Below are positions 40,429-49,965 of a DNA stretch of 51,809 nt, one piece after another. This stretch comes from an uncultured archaeon. GTDB taxonomy: Archaea > Halobacteriota > Archaeoglobi > Archaeoglobales > Archaeoglobaceae. The DNA lies in assembly GCA_964392755.1 (NCBI GenBank), contig CAYMRE010000001.1, forward strand, positions 1 through 51,809, given 5' to 3'. Under the pieces are notes generated by a model that ran no database searches, had not been told where the DNA came from, and saw nothing but the letters and a program-made list of their open reading frames with translations. Positions within the stretch are counted from its first letter, which is position 1; the number at the start of each line of letters is the position of its first letter. The position numbers were made by a program, and so were the translations under genes.

Positions 40429-41193
40429 ATGGAAGAAGAGCTCAGAGAGCATTTCGGCGATCTTTTAGATGAAGATACTTTTGAACTGTTGGTTAGGTAT
40501 GCTAAGGGGGAGAGGATAGATCTCGAAGAGAGCTTTAGGGTTGAAGGAATCGTCATTGAGGTTGGCGATGTTTTGAAGATTAGAAGGGGTGATGATGTTT
40601 ACGATGTCCCTCTCGAATGCTGTAAGGATAGGTTCGAGTTGGGTTATCTCGTTAGGATTAAGTCGAAGGTTGTTAGAAGTGAGAGGGACTTTGAAGTGAT
40701 CGGTGATGTTAGCAGAACCGTGCAGGGTATTTTCTTGGGAAAAAACGGCTCAAGATTTGCTTTAGCCGTTGGAAATTCTGTTTGGAACTGTGTTGGAAAT
40801 GTGGAATGCGATAGAGGGGATTTGATAGAGGTTAGGGGATTTAATCAGGGTGAGAAGTTCTTCGTACTCAGCTATCGCAAGTTGGGAAAGGTTGAAGTTG
40901 GTGAAATGTGGAGTAGGATTAAGAGTGTAGTACCGCTCAAGCTTGTGAATTTAAGAGGTAGAGTAAGCGGTCTTTCTGGGGAAAGGATGGTTAAGGGTAA
41001 GAAAATGGCGATCATCCATATATCAGATGAGAGTGGAAGGATTAGAGTCGTTTTGTTTGGCGATAACGCTAAATTGTATCGGGATTTGGATATAGGAGAT
41101 TGGGTTGAGCTTTACAACTGCTACGCAAGGATAGGATACGATGGTGAGATTGAGGTAGTTTGTGAGGATGGGCTGGCAATAAAAGTTTTTTAA
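40429..41193 (+). CDS. OB-fold nucleic-acid-binding protein (RPA-like)
   Basis: VNLRGRV, ISDESGRIRVVLFG, IGD.VEL.N.Y..G..G.IEV. Confidence 0.75.
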   Translation: MEEELREHFGDLLDEDTFELLVRYAKGERIDLEESFRVEGIVIEVGDVLKIRRGDDVYDVPLECCKDRFELGYLVRIKSKVVRSERDFEVIGDVSRTVQGIFLGKNGSRFALAVGNSVWNCVGNVECDRGDLIEVRGFNQGEKFFVLSYRKLGKVEVGEMWSRIKSVVPLKLVNLRGRVSGLSGERMVKGKKMAIIHISDESGRIRVVLFGDNAKLYRDLDIGDWVELYNCYARIGYDGEIEVVCEDGLAIKVF

Positions 41194-41213
41194 GACTTAC
41201 ATGAACTGCGAAC

Positions 41214-41621
41214 ATGGAACAGAAACAGATAGTATACATAGGACCAGTGATGCTCGACGAGCCTGAGATGTTCAGCTTAGACGAATTTGTGAGGCAGGCT
41301 ATCGCTTTGGAGGCGGAAAGGTTGTTCTACTCGAACGGAAGGCTGTTTCTTATAGACTACGAAACTCTTCACGGCATAATCGATGGAAAGTTTGCAATAG
41401 TTGAGTTGATAACTTACGCCTCTTTTTGCGAAGTTGGAGACTTCAAAAATTGGGTTCTGTATTACGGCAACGATGACGTTGTTGAGTACGTAAACCGTAT
41501 AAGGGATATTAGGGGTGATATGACAATAATACCCGTTCTTAGAACAAACGATCGCTTTATAAGGAAAGTTGAAGAGTACATAAACGCCGGTAAGTACAAG
41601 AGCTTCGTACAGGAAAAATAG
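41214..41621 (+). CDS. Hypothetical protein
   Basis: 135-aa ORF with ATG filling the gap between genes. Confidence 0.7.
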   Translation: MEQKQIVYIGPVMLDEPEMFSLDEFVRQAIALEAERLFYSNGRLFLIDYETLHGIIDGKFAIVELITYASFCEVGDFKNWVLYYGNDDVVEYVNRIRDIRGDMTIIPVLRTNDRFIRKVEEYINAGKYKSFVQEK

Positions 41622-41653
41622 AAAGGTTATTAACAGAACGTCAAGCTTTCGTC

Positions 41654-42658
41654 ATGGAACTACTGTTCGCACTGACCGTACTCGCTGGACTTTACATGGC
41701 TTGGAACATCGGCGCAAACGATGCAGCGAATTCAATGGCTACATCTTACGGCAGTAAAGCCTTGACACTTAAGCAAGTTATATTGGTTGGTTCAATTATG
41801 GAGTTCTGCGGTGCATTCTTCTTTGGTCACAGAGTTACGCACACGATAGCGAAGGGAATCGTTCCAATAGGATTGCTGGATCAACATCTCGTAGTTGTCG
41901 GTGCTTTGTCAGCTTTGCTCTCCGCAGGCTTATTCATCACAGTTGCGACTTACTTCCAACTTCCCGTCTCAACTTCTCACTCCATAGTTGCAGCCGTGCT
42001 TGGATTCGGTTTGGCTACGGTTTCTCAAGGTAAACTGAATATTGATCAGATAAATTGGGGTGTAATGAGTAAAATCGTTTTGAGTTGGATTATTTCGCCG
42101 ATCTTTGGTGCCCTTTTGGCTTTCGCAATATTTTCCATTATAAGACTTGCACTTTTCGATAGATTCGATTTGGATGCAATAGAGAGGGTGTTTAGATACC
42201 TTCAGGTTGGTACAGCTTGTTACGTGGCGTTTGCTCACGGAAGCAACGATGTTGCCAACGCTACAGGTCCCATAGCCGCAGCTTTGGGTTATTGGGGTCA
42301 GGAAACTCCCGTATGGGTTCTTTTAATAGGTGGATTGGGTATATCCATAGGATTTGCAACTTGGGGTTACAAGGTTATAGAGACCGTTGGAGAGAAGATA
42401 ACCGAACTTACACCTACGAGGGGATTCTCAGCTGAATTCGCTACGGCAACAACCGTGCTGTTAGCTTCGTACTTTGGCATGCCCATATCAACGACACACA
42501 CGCTTGTAGGTAGTGTGATAGGTGTCGGTTTGGCTGGAGGGTTGGCAAGCGTAAACTTAAAGATGGTTAAGAGAATTGTAGCATCTTGGTTACTGACGGT
42601 TCCTGTAGCTTGCGTACTCTCGATAGCAATATACACGATATTGGTGATCTTCATATGA
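41654..42658 (+). CDS. PiT-family inorganic phosphate transporter (canonical)
   Basis: [29 protein letters not shown]. Confidence 0.93.
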   Translation: MELLFALTVLAGLYMAWNIGANDAANSMATSYGSKALTLKQVILVGSIMEFCGAFFFGHRVTHTIAKGIVPIGLLDQHLVVVGALSALLSAGLFITVATYFQLPVSTSHSIVAAVLGFGLATVSQGKLNIDQINWGVMSKIVLSWIISPIFGALLAFAIFSIIRLALFDRFDLDAIERVFRYLQVGTACYVAFAHGSNDVANATGPIAAALGYWGQETPVWVLLIGGLGISIGFATWGYKVIETVGEKITELTPTRGFSAEFATATTVLLASYFGMPISTTHTLVGSVIGVGLAGGLASVNLKMVKRIVASWLLTVPVACVLSIAIYTILVIFI

Positions 42659-43335
42659 GGTTCGTGAGGAGTATATCGGATGTGTTTGGATACTCTCCAT
42701 TTGAAGACCTTAGAAAGCATGCTGAGCTTGCAGCGAAGGCGGTCGGTTTGCTGGAAAAGCAATTTGAGGCTTACAGAGTTAACGATATGGATGAAGTTGA
42801 GAGGTTGAGAGAAGAGATAGATTCCCTTGAGCATCAGGCGGACATAATTAAGGAAGAGATTAGGAGTAAGGTGAAGTCATCACTGCTTCTACCGGTAGAT
42901 AGGCACGATCTACTTAACTTCTTAGAGGTTCAAGATGGAATAATAAACTACTGCGAGCATGTTGGGCACATGTTAACGTTCAGAAGGATAAGCGCCCCCA
43001 ACAGAATAATGGAGGAGTTCGGTGTTCTACTTTCAAAGTTGATGGAGACGATAAACGAGTATGAGGAACTGATAGAGCACATTTCGAGACTCGTAGCTTC
43101 GTCATTCTCAAAGAGGGAAGTTGAAGAAGCGTTGGAACATGTTAAAAGAGTTGAAGAACACGAGCACGAATGTGATCTGATTCAGATAGGTTTGCTGAAC
43201 ATGCTCTTCAACTCCGACATGAATCCCGTAGATATTCAGTTGGCAGTTCTTTGGGTTGTGCATTTGGGTGAGATAGCCAACTATGCGGCGAGATCTGCCG
43301 ACAGGTTTAGGACTATGATATTAGGAAGGAGTTAG
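42655..43335 (+). CDS. DUF47 (TIGR00153-like) PiT accessory protein
   Basis: [32 protein letters not shown] overlap with PiT. Confidence 0.88.
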   Translation: MRFVRSISDVFGYSPFEDLRKHAELAAKAVGLLEKQFEAYRVNDMDEVERLREEIDSLEHQADIIKEEIRSKVKSSLLLPVDRHDLLNFLEVQDGIINYCEHVGHMLTFRRISAPNRIMEEFGVLLSKLMETINEYEELIEHISRLVASSFSKREVEEALEHVKRVEEHEHECDLIQIGLLNMLFNSDMNPVDIQLAVLWVVHLGEIANYAARSADRFRTMILGRS

Positions 43336-43661
43336 CGGTAGAGCAGAACTTTGACATCCATCTCAACTACGAGTCCCCTCTCAACCATTTCCAGTATTTT
43401 AGGCTTAATCTCTTCTATCTTTTCCTTTTCATCGACTATTTCGATCACAACTGGTAAATCCGTTGATAGTCTCAGTATGGATGGCGTTCTCAATATACTG
43501 GCTTTTCCGAATCCGACTAACCCTCTGAGTACTGTAGCCCCTGCTAACCCATTCTCCTTTGCTAACTCGACTATCGCCTTGTATAAAGGCTTTCCTTTCC
43601 ATCTGTCGTTTTCTCCGACGTATATCCTAAGTAGAACTGGATTCTTCATAGTTTCCGCCAT
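43332..43661 (-). CDS. DUF190 (PII-like) protein
   Basis: LRIYVGENDRWKGKPLY, GATVLRG..GFG, DLPVVIEIVD. Confidence 0.9.
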   Translation of the reverse strand: MAETMKNPVLLRIYVGENDRWKGKPLYKAIVELAKENGLAGATVLRGLVGFGKASILRTPSILRLSTDLPVVIEIVDEKEKIEEIKPKILEMVERGLVVEMDVKVLLYR

Positions 43662-44029
43662 ACAGATAGAGCAAGACCTCTACCTAAAAACACAGCGGTC
43701 AGTGTTAGCAGTACAGTTGAGATGACGTTCAAAATGAACGCTTTAGTTTCCCCGCTCTCAAGCAATCTGAACGACTCGTAGCTAAACGTGGACATAGTCG
43801 TAAAGGATCCCAAAATTCCTACCGTTAGAAATATTCTCGTTTCATCGCTAAATAAACCAGCGTACTCTGTGGAATACATTATGAAACTTAGAAGGAAGCT
43901 ACCAACCACGTTTACAAACAGGGTTCCAACTGGGAAATTGAAGTTGTCCTGAACTAAGCCAGAGACGATGTACCTTGCTACAGCCCCTACAAACCCTCCA
44001 ACTCCAACGATTAAAGCATCCCTAAGCAT
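43646..44029 (-). CDS. crcB: Fluoride channel CrcB/Fluc
   Basis: GG.VGA.ARY, FP.GTL.VN..GSF, G.LGSFTTMSTF. Confidence 0.93.
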   Translation of the reverse strand: MLRDALIVGVGGFVGAVARYIVSGLVQDNFNFPVGTLFVNVVGSFLLSFIMYSTEYAGLFSDETRIFLTVGILGSFTTMSTFSYESFRLLESGETKAFILNVISTVLLTLTAVFLGRGLALSVWRKL

Positions 44030-44814
44030 TTCAGACACTCCACCGCATAGTAGCTGAATTCGAGCGTTGAAACTCCTAAATAAATGCTTCTCCTAAAGCC
44101 TCCATCTTTATTCTGTAAGCTTACGACGAAATCGTACGTGTAGAAATCACTGTAGTCTACGCCACATAACTTGAGAATCGAGAGTGCGTAGTACGTTTCC
44201 TCCAAGTAGGGAGGATACGAGTTTGGACTTTTGGCAAATCCTCCATCGCATCTATGTCTTATGACGAATTCTACCAAGCCGTCTGTGCAACCTACGATAC
44301 TTACAGCGTAGAATGTGTCCTTCAAGTTCGGAAAGTTTACACCAAACCCATTCCGCTTTCTAAACCCATTCACGAATGTAACAACCTCTTCTGGAACACT
44401 CTTACTTAAAGTCCTTAGAGACTCCGCTAATACGTAAACGTCTTTCAAAACGTTGGGTAGATCGAACTGGTAAGTAGCCGTAATACCACCTGATCTCAGT
44501 CTAACTTTGGATACCGTTTTTGTTAAACTCAGGAGTTTAGATATTATCCATTCCTCATAATCTCTCGGCGGTTGTATGCCAAGAGCCTCTAAGGTTTTGA
44601 AGGTGTAATAAATTGAGTATGCGCTCCTTCTAAGATTTCTTTCGAGAAAGTCTATCAAATTCTCTTTTCTGGGCACGGCACATCCCAGAGCTTTAAGTAT
44701 GCTTACAGCGTAGAACGTCTCCGGAAGTGTGGATTCGAGTGGTTTGCAAAAACAGAATCCACCATCCTCGTTCTGCCTAACTAAGACGAACTCTTTAAGC
44801 TTTTCGAGGTCTAT
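44011..44814 (-). CDS. Prenyltransferase/squalene-oxidase repeat protein, with a non-canonical (ATA) or damaged start
   Basis: Frame stays open 46 codons above GTG 44676: IDLEKLKEFVLVRQNEDGGFCF..TLPETFYAVSIL; repeats QNEDGGF, DGGF, QNKDGGF; SD GAGGTG 5 nt before ATA. Confidence 0.7.
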   Translation of the reverse strand: MDLEKLKEFVLVRQNEDGGFCFCKPLESTLPETFYAVSILKALGCAVPRKENLIDFLERNLRRSAYSIYYTFKTLEALGIQPPRDYEEWIISKLLSLTKTVSKVRLRSGGITATYQFDLPNVLKDVYVLAESLRTLSKSVPEEVVTFVNGFRKRNGFGVNFPNLKDTFYAVSIVGCTDGLVEFVIRHRCDGGFAKSPNSYPPYLEETYYALSILKLCGVDYSDFYTYDFVVSLQNKDGGFRRSIYLGVSTLEFSYYAVECLKCLGML

Positions 44815-45019
44815 CTTCCCACCTCTATACTCGGTCTTTCTCTGAACTCTATTTTCTTTGCATGGGCATCGTACTCAACTTCTTTTAACTTTATCGCCCT
44901 TTAGGATGAAACCTCTATTTGATCCGATAGCAATCCGTGATATAAACGTTCTTAGAAGCAAAGATAAAACACTTTCAGAAGAACTTAAAATGGACGGAAA
45001 GTTTGGAGTTGCGGTGAGA

Positions 45020-45826
45020 TCAAAAGAGAATGTCTAATTTTGGTTTCTTCAGCAACCCCTTCTTTTCAGCCATGTCGAACATCTTCTCCATTGCTTTTAC
45101 TACGCTCTCCGGCATCTCGTAAGTGTACTCGTTCACGTACATGGTTGCAAATCTCTTTACGAGATCCCTGCTCATCCCTCTCGAATAATTCATGGCGTAG
45201 TCGATTGCTTCCTCCACATGTTCCAAAGCGTACCTTATACTTTCCTTCATCACCCTCAGGAACTCCTTTTGATCTTCTTCGGGAATATCTCTACTTATCA
45301 CGTTTACACCCAAAGGGAGGGGCAAGCCTGTTCTTTCATGCCAAAACTCCCATAGATCAAGAACTTTTACAAGGTTGTGCATCTCGTACGTTATCTGACC
45401 TTCATGTATGAGCAGACCGGCATCAACATCTCCCCTCTTTACAGCATCGATTATCCTGTCGAATCTCATCTCCACAGCATCGAAGTCATCCAAAGCAAGC
45501 TTTAAAAGTAGTGTTGCCGTTGTATATTTCCCCGGGATGGCTATCCTTTTACCTTCAAGCTCCATATCCCTCTTAGCAACTACTATCGGTCCGTAACCAT
45601 CACCTACACTGGCTCCAGCCGAAAGTATCCTATATCTATCTTCAAGGTAAGCGTACGCATGAACGGATAGAGCGGTAACGTCTAACTTTCCTTCGAATGC
45701 CATTCTGTTCAGAGTTTCTATATCCTCTATCAGGTGCTCGATTTTCAATCTCGTTTTGATCTTTCCGCTGATCATGGCGTAGAACATGAAAGCATCATCC
45801 GCATCTGGCGTGTGCGCAACGATCAT
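45020..45826 (-). CDS. mqnD: 1,4-dihydroxy-6-naphthoate synthase (futalosine pathway, MqnD family)
   Basis: AHTPDADDAFMF, DIETLN, GYGP, PG.YTTA, IHEG, LPLG, MYVN. Confidence 0.88.
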   Translation of the reverse strand: MIVAHTPDADDAFMFYAMISGKIKTRLKIEHLIEDIETLNRMAFEGKLDVTALSVHAYAYLEDRYRILSAGASVGDGYGPIVVAKRDMELEGKRIAIPGKYTTATLLLKLALDDFDAVEMRFDRIIDAVKRGDVDAGLLIHEGQITYEMHNLVKVLDLWEFWHERTGLPLPLGVNVISRDIPEEDQKEFLRVMKESIRYALEHVEEAIDYAMNYSRGMSRDLVKRFATMYVNEYTYEMPESVVKAMEKMFDMAEKKGLLKKPKLDILF

Positions 45827-45907
45827 ACCACTTGAACGTCTGAGAACTTTTAAAATTCTTTTGATTCGCTTAACAATCTTTATATTCTTACGAGTTCTTA
45901 AGGACTC

Positions 45908-46624
45908 ATGGAAATCGAGATTGGCGGGAGGACATTCAAAGCTGACATTAGATGGGCTTACGATCTCAAACCGGTTCTCGCTTATCCGGAAGACCTTAAA
46001 GAGAATTTCCCCGCCTACTACATGTTCAGAGATGTTTACTACAGCAAGAAAGATCACGAGACAATTAAAGAGCATGGGCTGAGGTTTGACATAACCGTAA
46101 TCCCTCCAAAGAAGATAGGTAAGGAGTTCATAAAGACGTTTGGTCACTACCATCCTCCTGCTGAAGACAACTTGAGCTACACAGAGATTTACGAGGTTCT
46201 GAAGGGGGAGGCGATATACCTACTTCAGAAGGTCGAAGGGGATAAAGTCGTCGATGTGGTTGCCGTTGAGGCTGGAGAGGGGGATAAGGTCATAATTCCT
46301 CCAAACTACGGTCATGTAACAATAAACCCCTCAAACAAAGAGCTTAAGATGGCGAACTGGGTTTACAGACACTTCAAATCCAATTACGAGCCTTACGAAC
46401 GCTTGAAAGGAGCATGTTACTACTACACCGAAGACGGATGGATTAAAAATCCAAATTATGGGGAAGTCCCGGATTTAAGGTTTGTTAAGCCCAAAATACC
46501 GAAAGAGTTGGGATTGAGGAAGAGTGAGGAGATGTACAAGCTTGTGAGGGATTTGAGTAAACTCGAGTTCCTCTATAGACCTTCGAAGTATTTGAGCATG
46601 TTCGAAGAGATACTAAAAGGTTAA
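45908..46624 (+). CDS. Cupin-type glucose-6-phosphate isomerase family protein
   Basis: RFDITVIPP, KTFGHYHP, EIYEVL.G, PPNYGHVTIN. Confidence 0.85.
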   Translation: MEIEIGGRTFKADIRWAYDLKPVLAYPEDLKENFPAYYMFRDVYYSKKDHETIKEHGLRFDITVIPPKKIGKEFIKTFGHYHPPAEDNLSYTEIYEVLKGEAIYLLQKVEGDKVVDVVAVEAGEGDKVIIPPNYGHVTINPSNKELKMANWVYRHFKSNYEPYERLKGACYYYTEDGWIKNPNYGEVPDLRFVKPKIPKELGLRKSEEMYKLVRDLSKLEFLYRPSKYLSMFEEILKG

Positions 46625-46658
46625 ATACATGTAGGGTCAGGGAGAAGGGGGGATGTAG

Positions 46659-46952
46659 ATGGGTTGGAAGTCTCACGGTTTCAGGTTCAAATCTGGAAGA
46701 AAGCTCAGAAAGAAGATAAGGGAGAAAGGAATAAAGATCAGTAGGGCTTTGCAGACGTTTGAGGTTGGGGATAGAGTCCACATCGATATTGATCCAGCTG
46801 TTCACAAGGGAATGCCCCATCCGAGGTTTCAAGGCAGGACTGGAGTGGTAATAGGGCAGAGGGGTAGGGCATACCTAGTAAGAGTTAGAGATGGCAACTC
46901 TTACAAGACACTCTTTGTAAGACCCGAACATCTCAAGCCCCAGAAATCTTAA
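46659..46952 (+). CDS. rpl21e: 50S ribosomal protein L21e
   Basis: [20 protein letters not shown]. Confidence 0.97.
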   Translation: MGWKSHGFRFKSGRKLRKKIREKGIKISRALQTFEVGDRVHIDIDPAVHKGMPHPRFQGRTGVVIGQRGRAYLVRVRDGNSYKTLFVRPEHLKPQKS

Positions 46953-46972
46953 CTTTTTTGGAGGTGTTTTTC

Positions 46973-47320
46973 ATGTTTAAAGAAGTTAAGGAGTTCGATT
47001 ACATAACAATAGCTGAGGCTAAAGAGTTGATGGAAAAGATAGCGGAGGAGAGGCAGAAAAGAGCGGAACTCTTATTTGAGACAAGGAGGGCTTTAAAGCA
47101 TCTTAGGACATTCGCCAGATTGCCAGCTGATAAAGCTAAGGAGTTAGTTGAAGAATTGTTGAAGCTTCCACAAGTTCCTAACAAGGAGATAGCCGTTAAG
47201 CTCGTCGATATAATGCCTCGAATTCCAGATGAAGTTAGGATAATATACGCTAAGGAAAAGATTACGTTAAGCCCCGAAGAGATTGAGCAGATTTTGGATG
47301 TTATCGACAAGTATAGGTGA
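46973..47320 (+). CDS. rpoF: RNA polymerase subunit Rpo4 (RpoF)
   Basis: YITIAEAKE, AVKLVDIMP..DEVR; conserved rpl21e-rpoF-DUF655 order. Confidence 0.92.
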   Translation: MFKEVKEFDYITIAEAKELMEKIAEERQKRAELLFETRRALKHLRTFARLPADKAKELVEELLKLPQVPNKEIAVKLVDIMPRIPDEVRIIYAKEKITLSPEEIEQILDVIDKYR

Positions 47321-47324
47321 TCAA

Positions 47325-47903
47325 ATGAAGAAGGGCAGGAAGATCGATAAAGAGAAGCTTGAAGATTATGCTTACGTATTGGATTTCCTGCCCTACGGTC
47401 ATCCAGATGATAAAAGACCCTTGCATAAGAGGGAGCCTTTGGCTCAGGTTGTTGGTGAGAAGTATTTCACGCTTTTGGAGGTTAGCGTTAAGAAGGATAA
47501 GAATCCCCTCGTCGGAGATAGAGTTTATATAGGTAAAGATCTGATGCAGAGGGATGTTGTTAACAAGATAAAGAGAAGATTAAGATATGAGGAATTAACC
47601 GCTACGGCAAAATCCGAGTTACCTTACGTTCTCGAGCAAATGGTTAAGCAACAGGAGGATAGATTTGTAGAATTTTTCAATAAGGCGGAATCCATAACTA
47701 CAAAGCTTCATCAACTTGAGCTTTTACCCGGAATAGGGAAGAAGACAATGTGGGCGATAATTGAAGAGAGGAAAAAGGAACCCTTCAAGAGTTTTGAAGA
47801 CATTGCAAAAAGAATTAAGATCGATCCAGTTAAATGCGTGATCCAGCGTATAATCTACGAGCTTCAAAATCCCGATACTAAGTACAAGCTGTTCACGCTC
47901 TAA
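47325..47903 (+). CDS. DUF655 RNA-binding protein
   Basis: EDYAYVLDFLPYGH, FTLLE, HQLELLPGIGKK. Confidence 0.9.
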   Translation: MKKGRKIDKEKLEDYAYVLDFLPYGHPDDKRPLHKREPLAQVVGEKYFTLLEVSVKKDKNPLVGDRVYIGKDLMQRDVVNKIKRRLRYEELTATAKSELPYVLEQMVKQQEDRFVEFFNKAESITTKLHQLELLPGIGKKTMWAIIEERKKEPFKSFEDIAKRIKIDPVKCVIQRIIYELQNPDTKYKLFTL

Positions 47904-49030
47904 GTTACTATTTCTGGTAACCTTCCGTCAGCTAAAGCTCTCTTTATCTCCATCATCGTCAGATCCAACGGATCTTCAATTCTTACTCCATGCTTTAAGC
48001 TGAGGTTTCTCATTTCAGGTGATGTTGGTCCTATGCAGGGATCTCCCGGTACCCTCATAGAGACGTCAAAGACTACGAACTCCAGCTTAGTATCGTCCTC
48101 TGGTGAATAGGCTACGGCACCTTGTAACCCAAATAGACCGATTATTCCGGGTGGATACTCCTTCTCGCAAATCCTTATGAACTTCTCCGCGGTTTCGTAG
48201 ACCATATCCTGCTTGCTCTCTCTCATCGTGACTCCAAAGTGACCTATCTCCTCGTTTTTCACTGGAACGTTGATTTTAAGCTGGTCTTTGGCTGGTAAAT
48301 TCAGGAATCCCTGAAGATTCACCTGTCTTCTGTCACTAAAACCAACAAAATCAAAGTCGCCAAATACATCCTTCAAGGCGTAGCTGTGGAAGTTCGCGTT
48401 GAATCTCGCACCTAAAACGTATTCCTCAATCCTCGCATTCTTTAAACCTTCTTCATCTATCACTCCAGCTTTTATAAGTTCTTCAGCCTGTCTGTAGTAA
48501 TCCTCCGGAGAGTTTGCGTAGAAGAAAGCCCTCTCTAAAGGATTCTTGGCCTGCTGAACTTTAACAACTACCAAGCGATCGATCTCCTCCGGCGACTTAA
48601 ACTCCTTTGGAATCCTTATACCTGCTTTCTTGAGTAGGTAGTACTGTCCTCTCTCGTAATTTCTCTCTTCAGCCCTCAGAAGGTATCTGTTACCATATAT
48701 TGGAACTTCGAATTCCTTTTCTATTTCATCATAACCCACGTAAACTGCAAAGCTTCTATTTGGAATGAATATCGTGTTCATCTCCCTCAACTTTTCCTGA
48801 ACTTCATCGTTTATCATGTCCTTGAAGCTATCGAGAATTATGAACTCATCGTAAAGCCAACGATTGTACTTCGTGTAGAGCTTGTCTCTTCCTCTTTGAA
48901 CAACAACAACCGTCTTAAATCCCCAAGCCTTTGCGGACATTCCGATCTCTTTTGCTGAATGAGAACCGAATATACCGATCGTTACATTTCTGTAATCCTC
49001 AACCAACCTCTTCACCTTATCGGTTATCAC
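47900..49030 (-). CDS. purP: PurP-family ATP-grasp ligase (FAICAR synthetase-like)
   Basis: GSHSA, IPNRSF..Y, ERAFF, PPGIIG.F.LQ, DVS.RVPG.P. Confidence 0.8.
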   Translation of the reverse strand: MITDKVKRLVEDYRNVTIGIFGSHSAKEIGMSAKAWGFKTVVVVQRGRDKLYTKYNRWLYDEFIILDSFKDMINDEVQEKLREMNTIFIPNRSFAVYVGYDEIEKEFEVPIYGNRYLLRAEERNYERGQYYLLKKAGIRIPKEFKSPEEIDRLVVVKVQQAKNPLERAFFYANSPEDYYRQAEELIKAGVIDEEGLKNARIEEYVLGARFNANFHSYALKDVFGDFDFVGFSDRRQVNLQGFLNLPAKDQLKINVPVKNEEIGHFGVTMRESKQDMVYETAEKFIRICEKEYPPGIIGLFGLQGAVAYSPEDDTKLEFVVFDVSMRVPGDPCIGPTSPEMRNLSLKHGVRIEDPLDLTMMEIKRALADGRLPEIVT

Positions 49031-49929
49031 GATCTCACCTCTTTACATACAGCGGTATTGAAAGTCATTTCACCCATGGACTTTATATACCTACATATTT
49101 CAAGCAAGGGTCCAATCTCGCAGTAGGATTTCTCCTTCAGTGCGAGGATGCATGCTTCGACTGTATTTGCCATGTCTATCAAGTTTCTGCTCATAATCGT
49201 GTCCCCTTTAAAGTAAACGTCAACCGCTATGTTGAACAGTTTTTTCAAATTTCGAAATATTTCAAAAAATTCACTGCAGAAGTAGTAATCTGTGGAAATA
49301 TCGTAAAGGGAATCTGCAATTTCTTCCAACAACTTTGCAATAGCTCGTGATTCGATGTTTACAACCAAATCGTCAATGCTCGAAGATTCAAACACGTTTT
49401 TATATATCATCCTTAATGCAAGGATGTAGAATCTATCCGCATCTTCCTCTAACTTCTCGACAGTTTCAGAAGTAGTTTTGTTGCTGGAAATTAGCTCTAC
49501 GTTCTCGAACATGTCGAATACTATTTGACAAAGTCTTCTTATGGCTTCCTTAACGTTAAACGATGTAGTTAGACACTTAATGACCACCCTATTTGAGTCA
49601 ACATCTATAACCTCCATTCCAACAAGGTTTTTTATACACTCTCTTATTTTATCTATCAAATTAACATCTACATTTTCGACGATAATCTCATCCGCTCCCT
49701 GTATATACAGACTATAAAAGAAATTTTTCATGTATCCTTCATCCATCTTCGGCAATCTGACGGTTATTCTATTCTCACTATTACGCGGTGGGATTATCTT
49801 CAAACTGCGATCAAACTCGAGAAGAAGTACTTCGTCGCCCCTCTTAAGGTTGTTTCGCTTAACCCAGTCTTTAGGTAAGCTTATCATGTAACTTGAGCCA
49901 CCAACGACTTGAAGTTTTCTTTTTTCCAT
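49027..49929 (-). CDS. AbrB-PhoU phosphate-uptake regulator family protein
   Basis: RKLQVVGGSSYMISLPKDW AbrB domain; EEDADRF, LEEIAD PhoU helices. Confidence 0.88.
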   Translation of the reverse strand: MEKRKLQVVGGSSYMISLPKDWVKRNNLKRGDEVLLLEFDRSLKIIPPRNSENRITVRLPKMDEGYMKNFFYSLYIQGADEIIVENVDVNLIDKIRECIKNLVGMEVIDVDSNRVVIKCLTTSFNVKEAIRRLCQIVFDMFENVELISSNKTTSETVEKLEEDADRFYILALRMIYKNVFESSSIDDLVVNIESRAIAKLLEEIADSLYDISTDYYFCSEFFEIFRNLKKLFNIAVDVYFKGDTIMSRNLIDMANTVEACILALKEKSYCEIGPLLEICRYIKSMGEMTFNTAVCKEVRS

Positions 49930-49933
49930 GTTA

Positions 49934-49952
49934 ATACGTATCCATACGTATC
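49934..49952. promoter_or_regulatory. Tandem ATACGTATC repeat (10-bp period), candidate operator
   Basis: ATACGTATC at 49934 and 49944, each with a palindromic ATACGTAT core, between the promoter and the ATG of the regulator. Confidence 0.55.
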
Positions 49953-49965
49953 TTAAGTCTTTTGC

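Noticed and set aside
44820..45019. Fluoride riboswitch upstream of the crcB operon
   Set aside because: GGCGAT occurs on the minus strand, but the complementary CGCC stem and the downstream GCT(G/A)ATGA motif are absent
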